From IMG/VR virus record IMGVR_UViG_3300033165_000106: a DNA stretch of 64,000 bases, one strand, 5' to 3'. Position 1 is the stretch's first letter. Each line of letters opens with the position of its first letter. Origin of the DNA: an uncultured virus (IMG/VR IMGVR_UViG_3300033165_000106). Lineage: Duplodnaviria; Heunggongvirae; Uroviricota; Caudoviricetes. The position numbers were made by a program, and so were the translations under genes. The notes beneath the pieces were generated by a model, which was not told where the DNA came from, did no database searches, and worked only from the letters and a program-made list of their open reading frames with translations. Shown here in pieces: positions 39,150 through 47,941 of the stretch.

Positions 39150-39455
39150 GTGAAAAAGATCATTGTATGCTTCGTACTCGTTATTCTTACTGTAGCATCA
39201 TTCAGGATGCTATGGGCACCACAAAAACCCTACTCAATCGAATTTGATAACATAGAATGGTACAACGGACAGCACTACGATCCAAGCGATCTAACGTTTG
39301 ATAATGTCATCCAGTATCACCAGGTTGAGGATCAATACTCTGATATCTACCTGGTCAAAACGAGTAACGGTAAAATCATGCTGCTCGTTCAAACTAACGA
39401 GATAGAGCTATATGTTTATTCTGTCAGTGACATTGTAGCAATTGCCGACTTCTAA
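39150..39455 (+). CDS. Hypothetical secreted/membrane-anchored protein
   Basis: RBS AGGAG, signal-like N-terminus. Confidence 0.55.
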   Translation: MKKIIVCFVLVILTVASFRMLWAPQKPYSIEFDNIEWYNGQHYDPSDLTFDNVIQYHQVEDQYSDIYLVKTSNGKIMLLVQTNEIELYVYSVSDIVAIADF

Positions 39456-39576
39456 TTATATGGTGCCTAGAATCGCGCTGTAGTGACCCTAGGCACCATA
39501 AGACTTATAAGGTACTATCTATCATGATATACTTATCGTCGTTTTTAGCCCTATTTTTGGACGTTTGGAGCGATCT

Positions 39577-39771
39577 ATGCTTTACATCCTGTTAATTGCA
39601 ATCATCATCGGCCTATGGTTGAGACTACGCCAGGTTAGAAAGACTATCAATACGCTGCAGCACAAGTATAATACTCTCTACAATGACGGTTTATACTGGT
39701 ACAATCAAGCATTAGATTTAGCGGATTATATTGAGGAAATTACCGGGATCTATGTCTTAGAGAATAGATAA
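39577..39771 (+). CDS. Small single-TM protein
   Basis: MLYILLIAIIIGLWLR...IEEITGIYVL; RBS GGAG. Confidence 0.55.
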   Translation: MLYILLIAIIIGLWLRLRQVRKTINTLQHKYNTLYNDGLYWYNQALDLADYIEEITGIYVLENR

Positions 39772-39803
39772 TTGCACATCTGCTTTACGTAAAGTTTTAT
39801 CTT

Positions 39804-39830
39804 AAGCCCGGCTTATACCGGGTTTTTGGT
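39804..39830 (+). terminator. Rho-independent terminator
   Basis: GCCCGG-CTTATA-CCGGGT followed by TTTT. Confidence 0.65.
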
Positions 39831-39842
39831 TACCCTAAGTTT

Positions 39843-39903
39843 AGAACATAGGTTCGTAGAACGGGCGTTCTGTAGAACAGGCGGTCTATAGAACAAATAT
39901 TCG
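39843..39903. promoter_or_regulatory. Four tandem LexA-like boxes
   Basis: AGAACatagGTTCG, AGAACgggcGTTCT, AGAACaggcGGTCT, AGAACaaatATTCG. Confidence 0.7.
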
Positions 39904-39950
39904 GTTTTGTGCAGCCTAAAAATTTGGATAGATCCCCCTAACCCGGCCCT

Positions 39951-40192
39951 TAGACTCTGGAAAAAATCCGCACCTACTATATATAAAGATCGTTTGCAAA
40001 TCGACGTGGGTCGTTTTAGACATCCCTAAATTTAGACTTAGACTCGAAAAACCGGCGTATAGTTAAATTATACATATCTACAAATCGGCGTGCCTCGTTT
40101 ATAGTTTAGGTCTATAAAGTATAATTCTAGACTCGCACCAAAAATCCGCGCTTATATATAACTAACTTATACAAATTGACGCGCATCGTTTT
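39951..40192 (+). repeat. Three degenerate ~88-bp tandem repeats (fourth copy at 41352-41416)
   Basis: TAGACTC...AAAA.CCG...CAAATYGRCGYGNNTCGTTT at 39951, 40039, 40128. Confidence 0.75.
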
Positions 40193-40751
40193 CAACTTAT
40201 CTGAATATAACTTTAAAATTAGGTATAACTAACAGGTTAAATAACTACTTTTCCATCTTTTAAATATAAAAGTTTGACTAATAATCGGGTTTCTCTTATA
40301 AGTTAAATTACAGTCGTTTCTTTCAGGCTATTTAACATGCTTTAACATTTATTTCTCTCAATAACTATGTGTACCATCAAAACATCGTGTCTTATAATTA
40401 TGCTTACCGTTTATACGGTCCTACAAGGTGCCTGTTTTATAGTGCCACGCTAGTTTATATGTCTTTTTCCTATCGTCGTTTTTAGGGGCATTTTTGGCGC
40501 TCTGAGAGGCATTCACGTTCATAGTTATATTCCTTAGTAGGACTATTTGATAGATATCTCTTAAAACTATGCGAGTTAAAATTTCCTGCTTGACATAAGA
40601 CTAAAATGGTATATAATTATAGATAGACGTTAATCAACAAAGGATGTACCAGAAATGACCAATTTAAAACGCGCTTTTCATAAGTATATGGTGCCCGCCG
40701 ATAACTAATATTCTTAATACTTATATTTATTTCCTTGTAGAAAGGTCTATT

Positions 40752-41354
40752 ATGTCATGGCAGAACGTATATGCACAACTAGGAATCACGCCTGAAGATG
40801 AGAGATTGCATAAGACTATGATCATTCATGAGAGGATAGTCAAAGTGTGTACACTGGCCGAAGCTAGCGACCTGGTAGAATTCGAGCAGCCTAACCCCAA
40901 ACACTGTCACGCAATGAAAACTATTGTTGACTGGTCCGAAGCCGGGTATATACCAACACCCGGCGATCTCCTGAACCTACACGCCGAGTTATTCCCTTAC
41001 GGTGGATACTATCGAACCTGCGATGTGTATATCAAAGGATCGTCGTTTGTGCCACCGCGTTACGATCATATTCCCATGTTAATGAGAAATTGGTATCACG
41101 ATATGCTATGGTGGTTGTCCTCCAGGGAAGATCCCTACACAATTCTAGCGGAAGTTCATTTGAAACTGACTCAGATCCACCCGTATTCAGACGGGAACGG
41201 TCGAATCGCTCGTATGGTGCTCAATCATAACGCGACTTATTTAAACCTACCCTTTATCCTGATCTCGCAGCGCAACCGAAATACGTATTTAGACTGTCTT
41301 GAAAATGAGGACGTTCCGGCGCTCGCTCGGCTGTTCAGGAATCTTTCGTTCTAG
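40752..41354 (+). CDS. Fic domain protein
   Basis: GGYYR..DV.I, HPYSDGNGRIAR; upstream TTGACA-16-TATAAT (40590-40617). Confidence 0.9.
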   Translation: MSWQNVYAQLGITPEDERLHKTMIIHERIVKVCTLAEASDLVEFEQPNPKHCHAMKTIVDWSEAGYIPTPGDLLNLHAELFPYGGYYRTCDVYIKGSSFVPPRYDHIPMLMRNWYHDMLWWLSSREDPYTILAEVHLKLTQIHPYSDGNGRIARMVLNHNATYLNLPFILISQRNRNTYLDCLENEDVPALARLFRNLSF

Positions 41355-41436
41355 ACTTGACAAACCGCCCGCTTATAGTATAATTAGATTATCTACAAAT
41401 TGACGTGCATCGTTTTAGGCTATAGGAGAAAGTAAC

Positions 41437-41850
41437 GTGAAACTCACAGCAGAACTCATGAACGAGATCGATCAGAATATCCACAAGATTGATCGCCTGA
41501 AAGCAGATATCGCCCAATACGAACGGGATATCAACGAACATAATGATCGAAAGCCTCAACCGCCTAAAGTTGTGTTTGACTATGAAGAGTACAATCAATA
41601 TCTGGATGATCTGCAGTGGTGGCAAGATGCACTAAAGAATTACCAGAGTTTTCTAGATGGAGCGCGAGAGAACCTCAGAATCACCAGAAAAGACGTTATG
41701 GCAGTGTTGCCTCGCATGATCTGGTTTCGCACCCAAGACGGTACACTGGCTTACGGTATCTCTTACGACGACTGGGGCGGCGGGGAGTCTATACTGCACA
41801 TCGTAGGCTGGTCGGATAACCTGTATAACTTGGATCGGAGAGGATCATGA
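41437..41850 (+). CDS. Hypothetical coiled-coil protein
   Basis: RBS AGGAG; promoter TTGACA-16-TATAAT 41357-41384. Confidence 0.6.
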   Translation: MKLTAELMNEIDQNIHKIDRLKADIAQYERDINEHNDRKPQPPKVVFDYEEYNQYLDDLQWWQDALKNYQSFLDGARENLRITRKDVMAVLPRMIWFRTQDGTLAYGISYDDWGGGESILHIVGWSDNLYNLDRRGS

Positions 41851-42149
41851 AATACATTATCTACTCTCAGTGCTGGTATAAACCCTATCTGAACCACGAT
41901 TTTGTAGACGAAATTACTTTGTTTGATCCAGAAGGCGAAGGGTCAGAGTTTTGTGTGGTTTGGTACGATGTTGGAGACATCAAAGGACCGCACGCTCGAT
42001 TAGAAATGTTTGATGATAGCTGGATTACCTTGCGAAACCATCCCGAATTTATGGAACTACTTTACACCCTAAAAGATCCTACGCTAACCGAGTTTGTTGC
42101 GGCCCTAAAAGCACTAGGTTATGAAGACGATACACCGAGGGAAAAATAG
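41847..42149 (+). CDS. Hypothetical protein
   Basis: ATGA coupling. Confidence 0.6.
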   Translation: MKYIIYSQCWYKPYLNHDFVDEITLFDPEGEGSEFCVVWYDVGDIKGPHARLEMFDDSWITLRNHPEFMELLYTLKDPTLTEFVAALKALGYEDDTPREK

Positions 42150-42704
42150 TGCCAACACTCATCATCGGAAGAGAAAAAGTCAAAGTCACAGATCGACAGG
42201 TGAAAGATATTCTGCAAGCCCTGAAAGAAGGTAAAGAAATCGAAGCTACCCTTCCCGATGGACGTAAAATTCGCAGCAAGGGCAAGCAGGTACATCTCAT
42301 CAGATGAAACACCTGTTGAATGTGAGCGTCGTGTACGGGGGATTAGGGGGGTTAACCCTTCTGCAGTACCGTCCTGCTGAGGGAGTAATTCTCCTGGTCC
42401 TGACCTTTGCTTTGTTGTATGCTCGTGTTAAAACCTTTATATAAAGGAAAACGAAACGTGACTAACGAATATAAAGGACGCAGAATTAGAGATATGGAAA
42501 TAGGGGAAAGATGCGTAACTGTGCCGTGGGCAGTTTGGATAGACGGTAACGGTATATCTTGGATTGATGGGCGTTTTCCTGTTTGGAGCACAGTACACGG
42601 CACAGCAACTATGGGGGTTTATCGTCGTAATTCGGGCTATAGTGTAGATTCTATTAGTCTAGAATGTAGTTTCCCCCATGATGATATTGATAAGTTACCC
42701 GTAG

Positions 42705-43505
42705 TTATTCTCGATTAGCCAGATAGCGACCGAGCGCCCGCTTAGCTCCCGATTCGGAGTAGGGTTTGCCGGTCGCTGTTGTTTTGTGCTTCTCGCCGGT
42801 ATAGGGATCTTCCCAAACCCACCCGCCGCCTTCCTGATAGACATAAGACTCCATGTCCTTAGACTCAGGTGAATCCCCGCCTGCTATATAGTATTGACCT
42901 TCAGGAATCGACGTGGGTCGATTCAGCAACAGATCGGCGTACTGTGAATAATATTCGTCCTTCAATTCATGGTCGGACAAATCAAGCAAAGCAGATCGGG
43001 CGACTTTATTCTTTAACTTACGCTCGTATTCGAGCATCCCAATGTAATCTTTTTGCGCTCGGCGGTGTCTCGCCCGATTAAATCGATCTTCCCAGGTTTC
43101 ATCGCGCCACTTCTGCCACTCAGAAATGTATTTAAGAGTAGCATTCAGAGCGAGGATCCCCAAACCAATACGGGGTGCAAAGGCTATGATTCCTTCGTCC
43201 GCAAAGCCAATGGCTACGATGAAAATATACAGCACCCAAAGCGAGACAACCTGCCCCCAACGTGCAGAGAAAGCCTCGCCTTCGCTGCGCTCGGCTTCTA
43301 AGAAAGTAACCAGCATAACGTATAGCAGATCGACCAGCACAAAGGCGACAAACACACCTAAGAAGATCGCTGTGCCGCGTGGTATGAAGAAAATAGGTTC
43401 GGTAATAGATTGCTCAAATGCCGCGTGGAAGACATTGTAGGTGGCAATTGATGTGAGAATCACACCGGCAATTTTAGTGGTAATCCACCAGGTTTGTTTA
43501 TTCAT
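42705..43505 (-). CDS. Multi-pass membrane protein (about 4 TM) with soluble C-terminus
   Basis: Four hydrophobic stretches; opposite strand to neighbours. Confidence 0.65.
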   Translation of the reverse strand: MNKQTWWITTKIAGVILTSIATYNVFHAAFEQSITEPIFFIPRGTAIFLGVFVAFVLVDLLYVMLVTFLEAERSEGEAFSARWGQVVSLWVLYIFIVAIGFADEGIIAFAPRIGLGILALNATLKYISEWQKWRDETWEDRFNRARHRRAQKDYIGMLEYERKLKNKVARSALLDLSDHELKDEYYSQYADLLLNRPTSIPEGQYYIAGGDSPESKDMESYVYQEGGGWVWEDPYTGEKHKTTATGKPYSESGAKRALGRYLANRE

Positions 43506-43737
43506 GTGTCAATTCGTCAATTTTCACGAGAATATCCTGAGCGCCACTGAAATTTTTGTTTTGTAGGCTAAGAATCAAATCGTTGTATAAACCAGTAAGT
43601 TCAATAGATTTGTTTCTGACTTTAACGAAGGTTTCTATCCAACCTGATAACATATCTTCTGCAACTTCTGGATTCAACTCACACGTCATCCGCAAAAGTT
43701 CCAGATAGGCCATGATCTGAATTGTATCTGCTCTCAT
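43498..43737 (-). CDS. Hypothetical protein
   Basis: RBS AAGGA; overlaps next gene. Confidence 0.5.
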   Translation of the reverse strand: MRADTIQIMAYLELLRMTCELNPEVAEDMLSGWIETFVKVRNKSIELTGLYNDLILSLQNKNFSGAQDILVKIDELTHE

Positions 43738-44259
43738 TCTAATTTATCCTTAATCACTATCTCTAAAATGTCAAATATTAGATTCGTATTCTTGAGCATG
43801 TAACGATAGTATATCACAAAACAAATGCTGGTAAAGAGTAAAACCAGCAAGATCAGGAAATTCAGAATGACGAGTATAATTATAAGAAAATGCATTTATA
43901 TAGAATCTTTAAATTAAAGTATATAGACTCTATTATATTGTATTCGTTATTAGGTATCTGTTATGTATATAACAGTTAATAGATAAAGTATATAATAGGT
44001 AGATTTTTTCCACCATTACCTATTTCTACGAAATAGTACAGGGGGAAAGCGTTTTTGTCAAGTCAAAAGTATGATAGATTCGGAAACACTTTTTGACAAG
44101 CGGATTTTTATATGAATCACTTGACAAGCGGGAAAATTCCTGTATACTGTAATTATCGAGTGTGGAGGTTGAGTATGAAAGACTATCTGGCATTTCTGGC
44201 TTTGTGTCTGGTTCTGGCGTTCTTTTACGTTCTGTTGTTCGGATAAGGGAGACTATAAC

Positions 44260-44628
44260 GTGCCTGAATATTTGAACTTTGCTGATCCTGTAATCTTTCA
44301 GCGTCCAGATGCCCCAGACGGGGTGAAGGTATTTGATTGGCACCAGGCGGTTGATCTGATTAAAGAGCACAACATTCAGAATGCAGAGGCTGGTTTGGTG
44401 GAAGACTGGGGATATACCAGTGGAGTTATACTGCGTGATGGAGAGTCGGACAGCGGTTCGGGGTGTTATTTGCTGTCTCGTTGGGCAACACCTACTTTGC
44501 TAGATCTAGATACTTTGAGTGAGTATCCGTGCTATGTGTCCAAAGAACAAGCTGAGTCTTTAGGGTGGGATGAAGCAACTGTTTGGCCTGAGAGTGCTCT
44601 GCTTAAATTGAAAGGTGAGAGTGAGTAA
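44260..44628 (+). CDS. Conserved phage hypothetical protein
   Basis: VFDW..A..LIKE...AEAGL.EDW..T.G.I; promoter TTGACA-16-TATACT 44121-44148 upstream. Confidence 0.65.
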   Translation: MPEYLNFADPVIFQRPDAPDGVKVFDWHQAVDLIKEHNIQNAEAGLVEDWGYTSGVILRDGESDSGSGCYLLSRWATPTLLDLDTLSEYPCYVSKEQAESLGWDEATVWPESALLKLKGESE

Positions 44629-44856
44629 ATGAAAGCCTTCTTTCGTGATCTGGTAGTTCCTGTTCTAGTGTACGTTGGCTTTGGACTCCTTGTTGTTCTG
44701 TTTATTCTGGCGGCAAGTGACAATGAAACTCCAACGACAGACGTTCTCTACGGTCTGTTGTCTGAGAACAACCTGCGCATGGCAGGTGGGATCGTGTGTG
44801 AAGATAGCCGGTGTGATTTCGACGTGCAGTGGTCGCTAGTAGAAGGCACACGATGA
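44629..44856 (+). CDS. Small membrane protein
   Basis: N-terminal TM. Confidence 0.5.
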   Translation: MKAFFRDLVVPVLVYVGFGLLVVLFILAASDNETPTTDVLYGLLSENNLRMAGGIVCEDSRCDFDVQWSLVEGTR

Positions 44857-45229
44857 AGTGCTATCTGTGTGGTAAATCGAGTAGAAGAAAGTTGTGCTCT
44901 TATTGTCGTAAAAAGAGAAATTTGCCTCTTTTTATTATAAACTACGATACCTTAGACTTTGTGTATACTGGGAATAGTCCAAAAGGAGATAAAGCAAAGG
45001 TTAAACAGATTAGACCGCGCAAAAAAGATTTTGTTATTGTTGTTGGTAGGGACTACGTGTATTGGAACAGATATAAAAAGAGAAAAGTGGGCTTTAGAGC
45101 GCTTTAAAATTTGCAGATGTAGAAAAAGACCTAAATAAACATATCGTCGAAATTAGGCCCATAATTATAGGTAGTATACCCGAAGAAATCACCCTAAAAA
45201 TTTAGGTTGACAATCTAAGTGAGACAGTA

Positions 45230-45772
45230 ATGAAACGACATATGACATTGTGTGACCAGTGCGGAAAAGAAGTGTCAAAATTAAAGTATGCCAACAACGG
45301 AGGTATATGTGATGCTTGCGTGCATTACTTAGATAGATTAGAAAAAGTAAGGCAGTGTCCAGTATGTGGAGAATATTTTATACCTAATACTGAATCTCAC
45401 ACCTATTGTAGTCATAAATGTTCTAAAAAACACGTTAAAGATAAAAGTATAAAAATCAGATTTATTATACTGGAGAGAGATAATTTCCGTTGTATTTATT
45501 GCGGAAAATCTTCAATTGAAGACGCGAAAGAGTTACAGATAGATCACATTATTCCCGTAAGTGCAGGAGGATCATCTAGAGCAGATAATTTAGTTACTGC
45601 ATGTATTGCTTGTAATCAAATGAAAGAAGCTAAAATTTTAAACAATCACAACCTTAATCGGGTACAAGATGAAGTTAAAAAGAGAAATAAAGCGTGTGGA
45701 ATATCAAATGATGCAATTATTAGAATATATAGTTACATGCAATCTGTTGAAGATAAGTCTGATGATGAGTAG
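45230..45772 (+). CDS. HNH endonuclease with N-terminal Zn fingers
   Basis: RDNFRCIYCG...LQIDHIIPVSAGG...NLVTACIACN. Confidence 0.88.
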   Translation: MKRHMTLCDQCGKEVSKLKYANNGGICDACVHYLDRLEKVRQCPVCGEYFIPNTESHTYCSHKCSKKHVKDKSIKIRFIILERDNFRCIYCGKSSIEDAKELQIDHIIPVSAGGSSRADNLVTACIACNQMKEAKILNNHNLNRVQDEVKKRNKACGISNDAIIRIYSYMQSVEDKSDDE

Positions 45773-45786
45773 AAAGCAAATGTCTA

Positions 45787-46185
45787 ATGAGATTCAAATT
45801 TGATCCCCAAGCTTTTTGGGACAGTATTCCGTCTGAGGATTCTCCGTACTGGCCCGCCATCTGTATCGACTTCAATGGGGTAATTGATTCCTACACTGGA
45901 TGGAACGGGAAAGTAGAGGATCATCCCCCCGCCCCGAATGCGAGATGGTTTCTGGAAGAGATCCGAGTTCGGTTTTCAACCGTGATTATTTTAACGGCTA
46001 CCCGTCCCTATACGCGGGTGGAAGACTGGTTCATCAAGTACGAGTTAGATCATCTGATTGATTACGTGACGAATGTAAAGGTTCCGGCTGTCTGTTACGT
46101 GGATGATCGCGCTGTCCTGCATGACGGAGATTTTTATCATACATTGATTGATATTGAGCGGTTTAAGCCGCATTGGGAGATGTAA
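45787..46185 (+). CDS. HAD-superfamily phosphatase-like protein
   Basis: ICIDFNGVI (DxN instead of DxD), TATR, K..A..YVDDRA. Confidence 0.7.
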   Translation: MRFKFDPQAFWDSIPSEDSPYWPAICIDFNGVIDSYTGWNGKVEDHPPAPNARWFLEEIRVRFSTVIILTATRPYTRVEDWFIKYELDHLIDYVTNVKVPAVCYVDDRAVLHDGDFYHTLIDIERFKPHWEM

Positions 46186-46186
46186 T

Positions 46187-46576
46187 ATGATATCCGATAC
46201 AGAGTATCAAATTAAAAATGAAGGTGAACGGTACACGGTCAGAGTTGAGTATGAATCTGTTCGTGGTTGTTTTAGAAAAATAACACAAATTAATGTATAC
46301 AGCGATATTGTTATTGTGGTTTGTGATAGTGACGGACGTGCGTTACGGATTCGCCCCTACATTTATTCGTTGAATAGCGAAGTTGACCTGAATAAATATC
46401 AACAGGCGGCTGTTGAAGGAAAACAAAAACTTCTACATGAAATTAACAATGAAACGATTACTGTAAGAGACAATATTTTTGACAAGCCTGGGATTGAGAA
46501 GGAAATAATCTCCACAAAGGAGCTACCTAAATTCCGATGGAGTGGATGGTTTGGGGGGAAGCGAGATGATAGGTAG
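46187..46576 (+). CDS. Hypothetical protein
   Basis: RBS GGGAG; operon packing. Confidence 0.5.
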   Translation: MISDTEYQIKNEGERYTVRVEYESVRGCFRKITQINVYSDIVIVVCDSDGRALRIRPYIYSLNSEVDLNKYQQAAVEGKQKLLHEINNETITVRDNIFDKPGIEKEIISTKELPKFRWSGWFGGKRDDR

Positions 46577-46826
46577 ATCGGTAATAAATATTGAATCTGG
46601 CAAAAAGTTTAAGCAGGTAAAGATATATTATCGGATAGTCAGTGGTTGTATAGAAAATGTTGACTCAATTATTGTCAACGATCTTGTAGAAAAACAATAT
46701 GTGCTTTTTTCTGCTGATCTAGAAGTAGAGGGCGTTTCTGCAGAAAATTATGTGAGCCTTAAAGATTTCAAAGATGCGGCGCAACGGGGCCTAAAGGAAT
46801 TCAAAGAAGAGATTGAGGGATCTTAG
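46566..46826 (+). CDS. Hypothetical protein, weakly similar to preceding gene
   Basis: V...Y..V.GC...(I/V)..I pattern shared with 46187..46576. Confidence 0.5.
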   Translation: MIGRSVINIESGKKFKQVKIYYRIVSGCIENVDSIIVNDLVEKQYVLFSADLEVEGVSAENYVSLKDFKDAAQRGLKEFKEEIEGS

Positions 46827-46828
46827 AC

Positions 46829-47062
46829 ATGCGACTCCTGATGCTCACGCTGCTAATAACATTGAGTGCCTGTTCGACGTGCGTCGTTTCAGATCCAGGT
46901 ACATATCTATATGATAGACCGAGTGGATCGCGTGTACTGGAAATGCCACTTGGAGAGTACGCAATTTATAATCAGGAGGGCGTCTGGTTCGATGTGGATG
47001 TCGGGTTGTATACGGGTTGGGTCAGGGCTGATCAATGCGTGGTCGATATCAACCGAGAGTAA
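46829..47062 (+). CDS. Small lipoprotein with SH3-like domain
   Basis: Lipobox LSAC; LY..PS...W..V...TGWV. Confidence 0.55.
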   Translation: MRLLMLTLLITLSACSTCVVSDPGTYLYDRPSGSRVLEMPLGEYAIYNQEGVWFDVDVGLYTGWVRADQCVVDINRE

Positions 47063-47202
47063 TCTCTTTTCGAGTAGATAGTTTACCGATTTTACATCGA
47101 CAGTGGTGTAGTGGGTGTCAAAAGTATCTGGCAGATCATCTATTCGCAAGTTATAAAAGTGTGTACTGTCGGAAATGCAAACAAAAAATTAACGAAAAGC
47201 AC

Positions 47203-47231
47203 TTGACAAAGCATAATTAGTCTGGTATAGT
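47203..47231 (+). promoter_or_regulatory. Strong sigma70-type promoter of RNA operon
   Basis: TTGACA 47203-47208, 17 bp, TGG-TATAGT 47226-47231. Confidence 0.8.
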
Positions 47232-47238
47232 AGAAAGT

Positions 47239-47359
47239 GGGCCAGCCAAGTTTCGACAGAGGTCAGGGCGAGTCGGTAGTGAGAAGGCGTATAACTTAAC
47301 CACGAAATCTCGTAATAAACCTGATTTTTGGACAGCATTGCAATATGCTCTGGTCCACC
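47239..47359 (+). ncRNA. ssrA: Miniature tmRNA-like RNA (tRNA-like domain only)
   Basis: Acceptor GGGCCAG/CTGGTCC with G3.U70, discriminator A, CC; no D stem, TTCGAC; helix 2 AGAGGTCAGG/CCTGATTTTT; GGAC; T arm AGCAT-TGCAAT-ATGCT. Confidence 0.7.
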
Positions 47360-47361
47360 TA

Positions 47362-47435
47362 GCCCGCTTAGTTTAAAAACGGCAAAACGCGCCTTTTGTA
47401 CAGGTGAGTTCTCGGTTCAATTCCGAGCGCGGGCT
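47362..47435 (+). tRNA. tRNA-Thr(UGU)
   Basis: GCCCGC/GCGGGC acceptor (7:66 mismatch), CGCCT-TTTGTAC-AGGTG anticodon arm, CTCGG-TTCAATT-CCGAG T arm. Confidence 0.8.
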
Positions 47436-47437
47436 TT

Positions 47438-47619
47438 GCAGGACTGAGCCTAGTTTATCTAGTGTAGGTCTTGCTAAAGCGGTGACGAAATTCGGGATCT
47501 TCCGTGTGACACAGACGTGTGTCCTATATCGCCGCTAGTTATCCGCCCCAACGATCCTGGTCTGTCGTTGGGTTTGATATGGGGCTTTGCCGTGTGCCCC
47601 AGACCAGAAACACGGCAAA
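47438..47619 (+). ncRNA. Putative structured RNA(s) with kissing-loop potential
   Basis: Consecutive stems GCAGGACT/GGTCTTGC, AGCGGTGA/TCGCCGCT, CCCAACGA/TCGTTGGG, TTTGCCGTGT/ACACGGCAAA. Confidence 0.5.
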
Positions 47620-47941
47620 ACTTTATATAAAGGATTGAACGTGGTTCCTCTACTCGCTTTCACTATGCTGATCTATATCGTTATTGGCTTTTTGATTATG
47701 CCCTGGTGGAATGCCGTGTTCGCTTTGTTCGCGGCTTTCTTGGGGGCGATGTGGGCTAAAGCACATGCCGAAGAAGATAATCGTTAAAAAGTTTGGAGAC
47801 GTGGATCTCGTGGTGACTAAAAATGCGGAGATGTTCTTAGTGTTGTCGCGCCGGCTTCGGTTTCGCACCTGGTTGGGGCTGAGATTGATTCATCTGGCGT
47901 CATTTGTGATGGGCATGGGATTTGAGGTAAAGGAAAAGTAA

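Noticed and set aside
39843..40192. CRISPR array
   Set aside because: Repeats are degenerate, spacing does not fit repeat-spacer geometry, and no cas genes are present
42906..42920. 15-nt exact match (AATCGACGTGGGTCG) to the repeat unit at 39999
   Set aside because: Single copy inside a coding sequence with no flanking similarity; could be chance, not pursued
43740..44160. AT-rich gap as replication origin
   Set aside because: Explained adequately by divergent promoters; no clear iteron or DnaA-box array seen
47239..47359. Ordinary or intron-containing tRNA-Ala, or permuted two-piece tmRNA
   Set aside because: No D stem and no 7-nt Ala anticodon loop; 5' and 3' halves are in standard, not permuted, order
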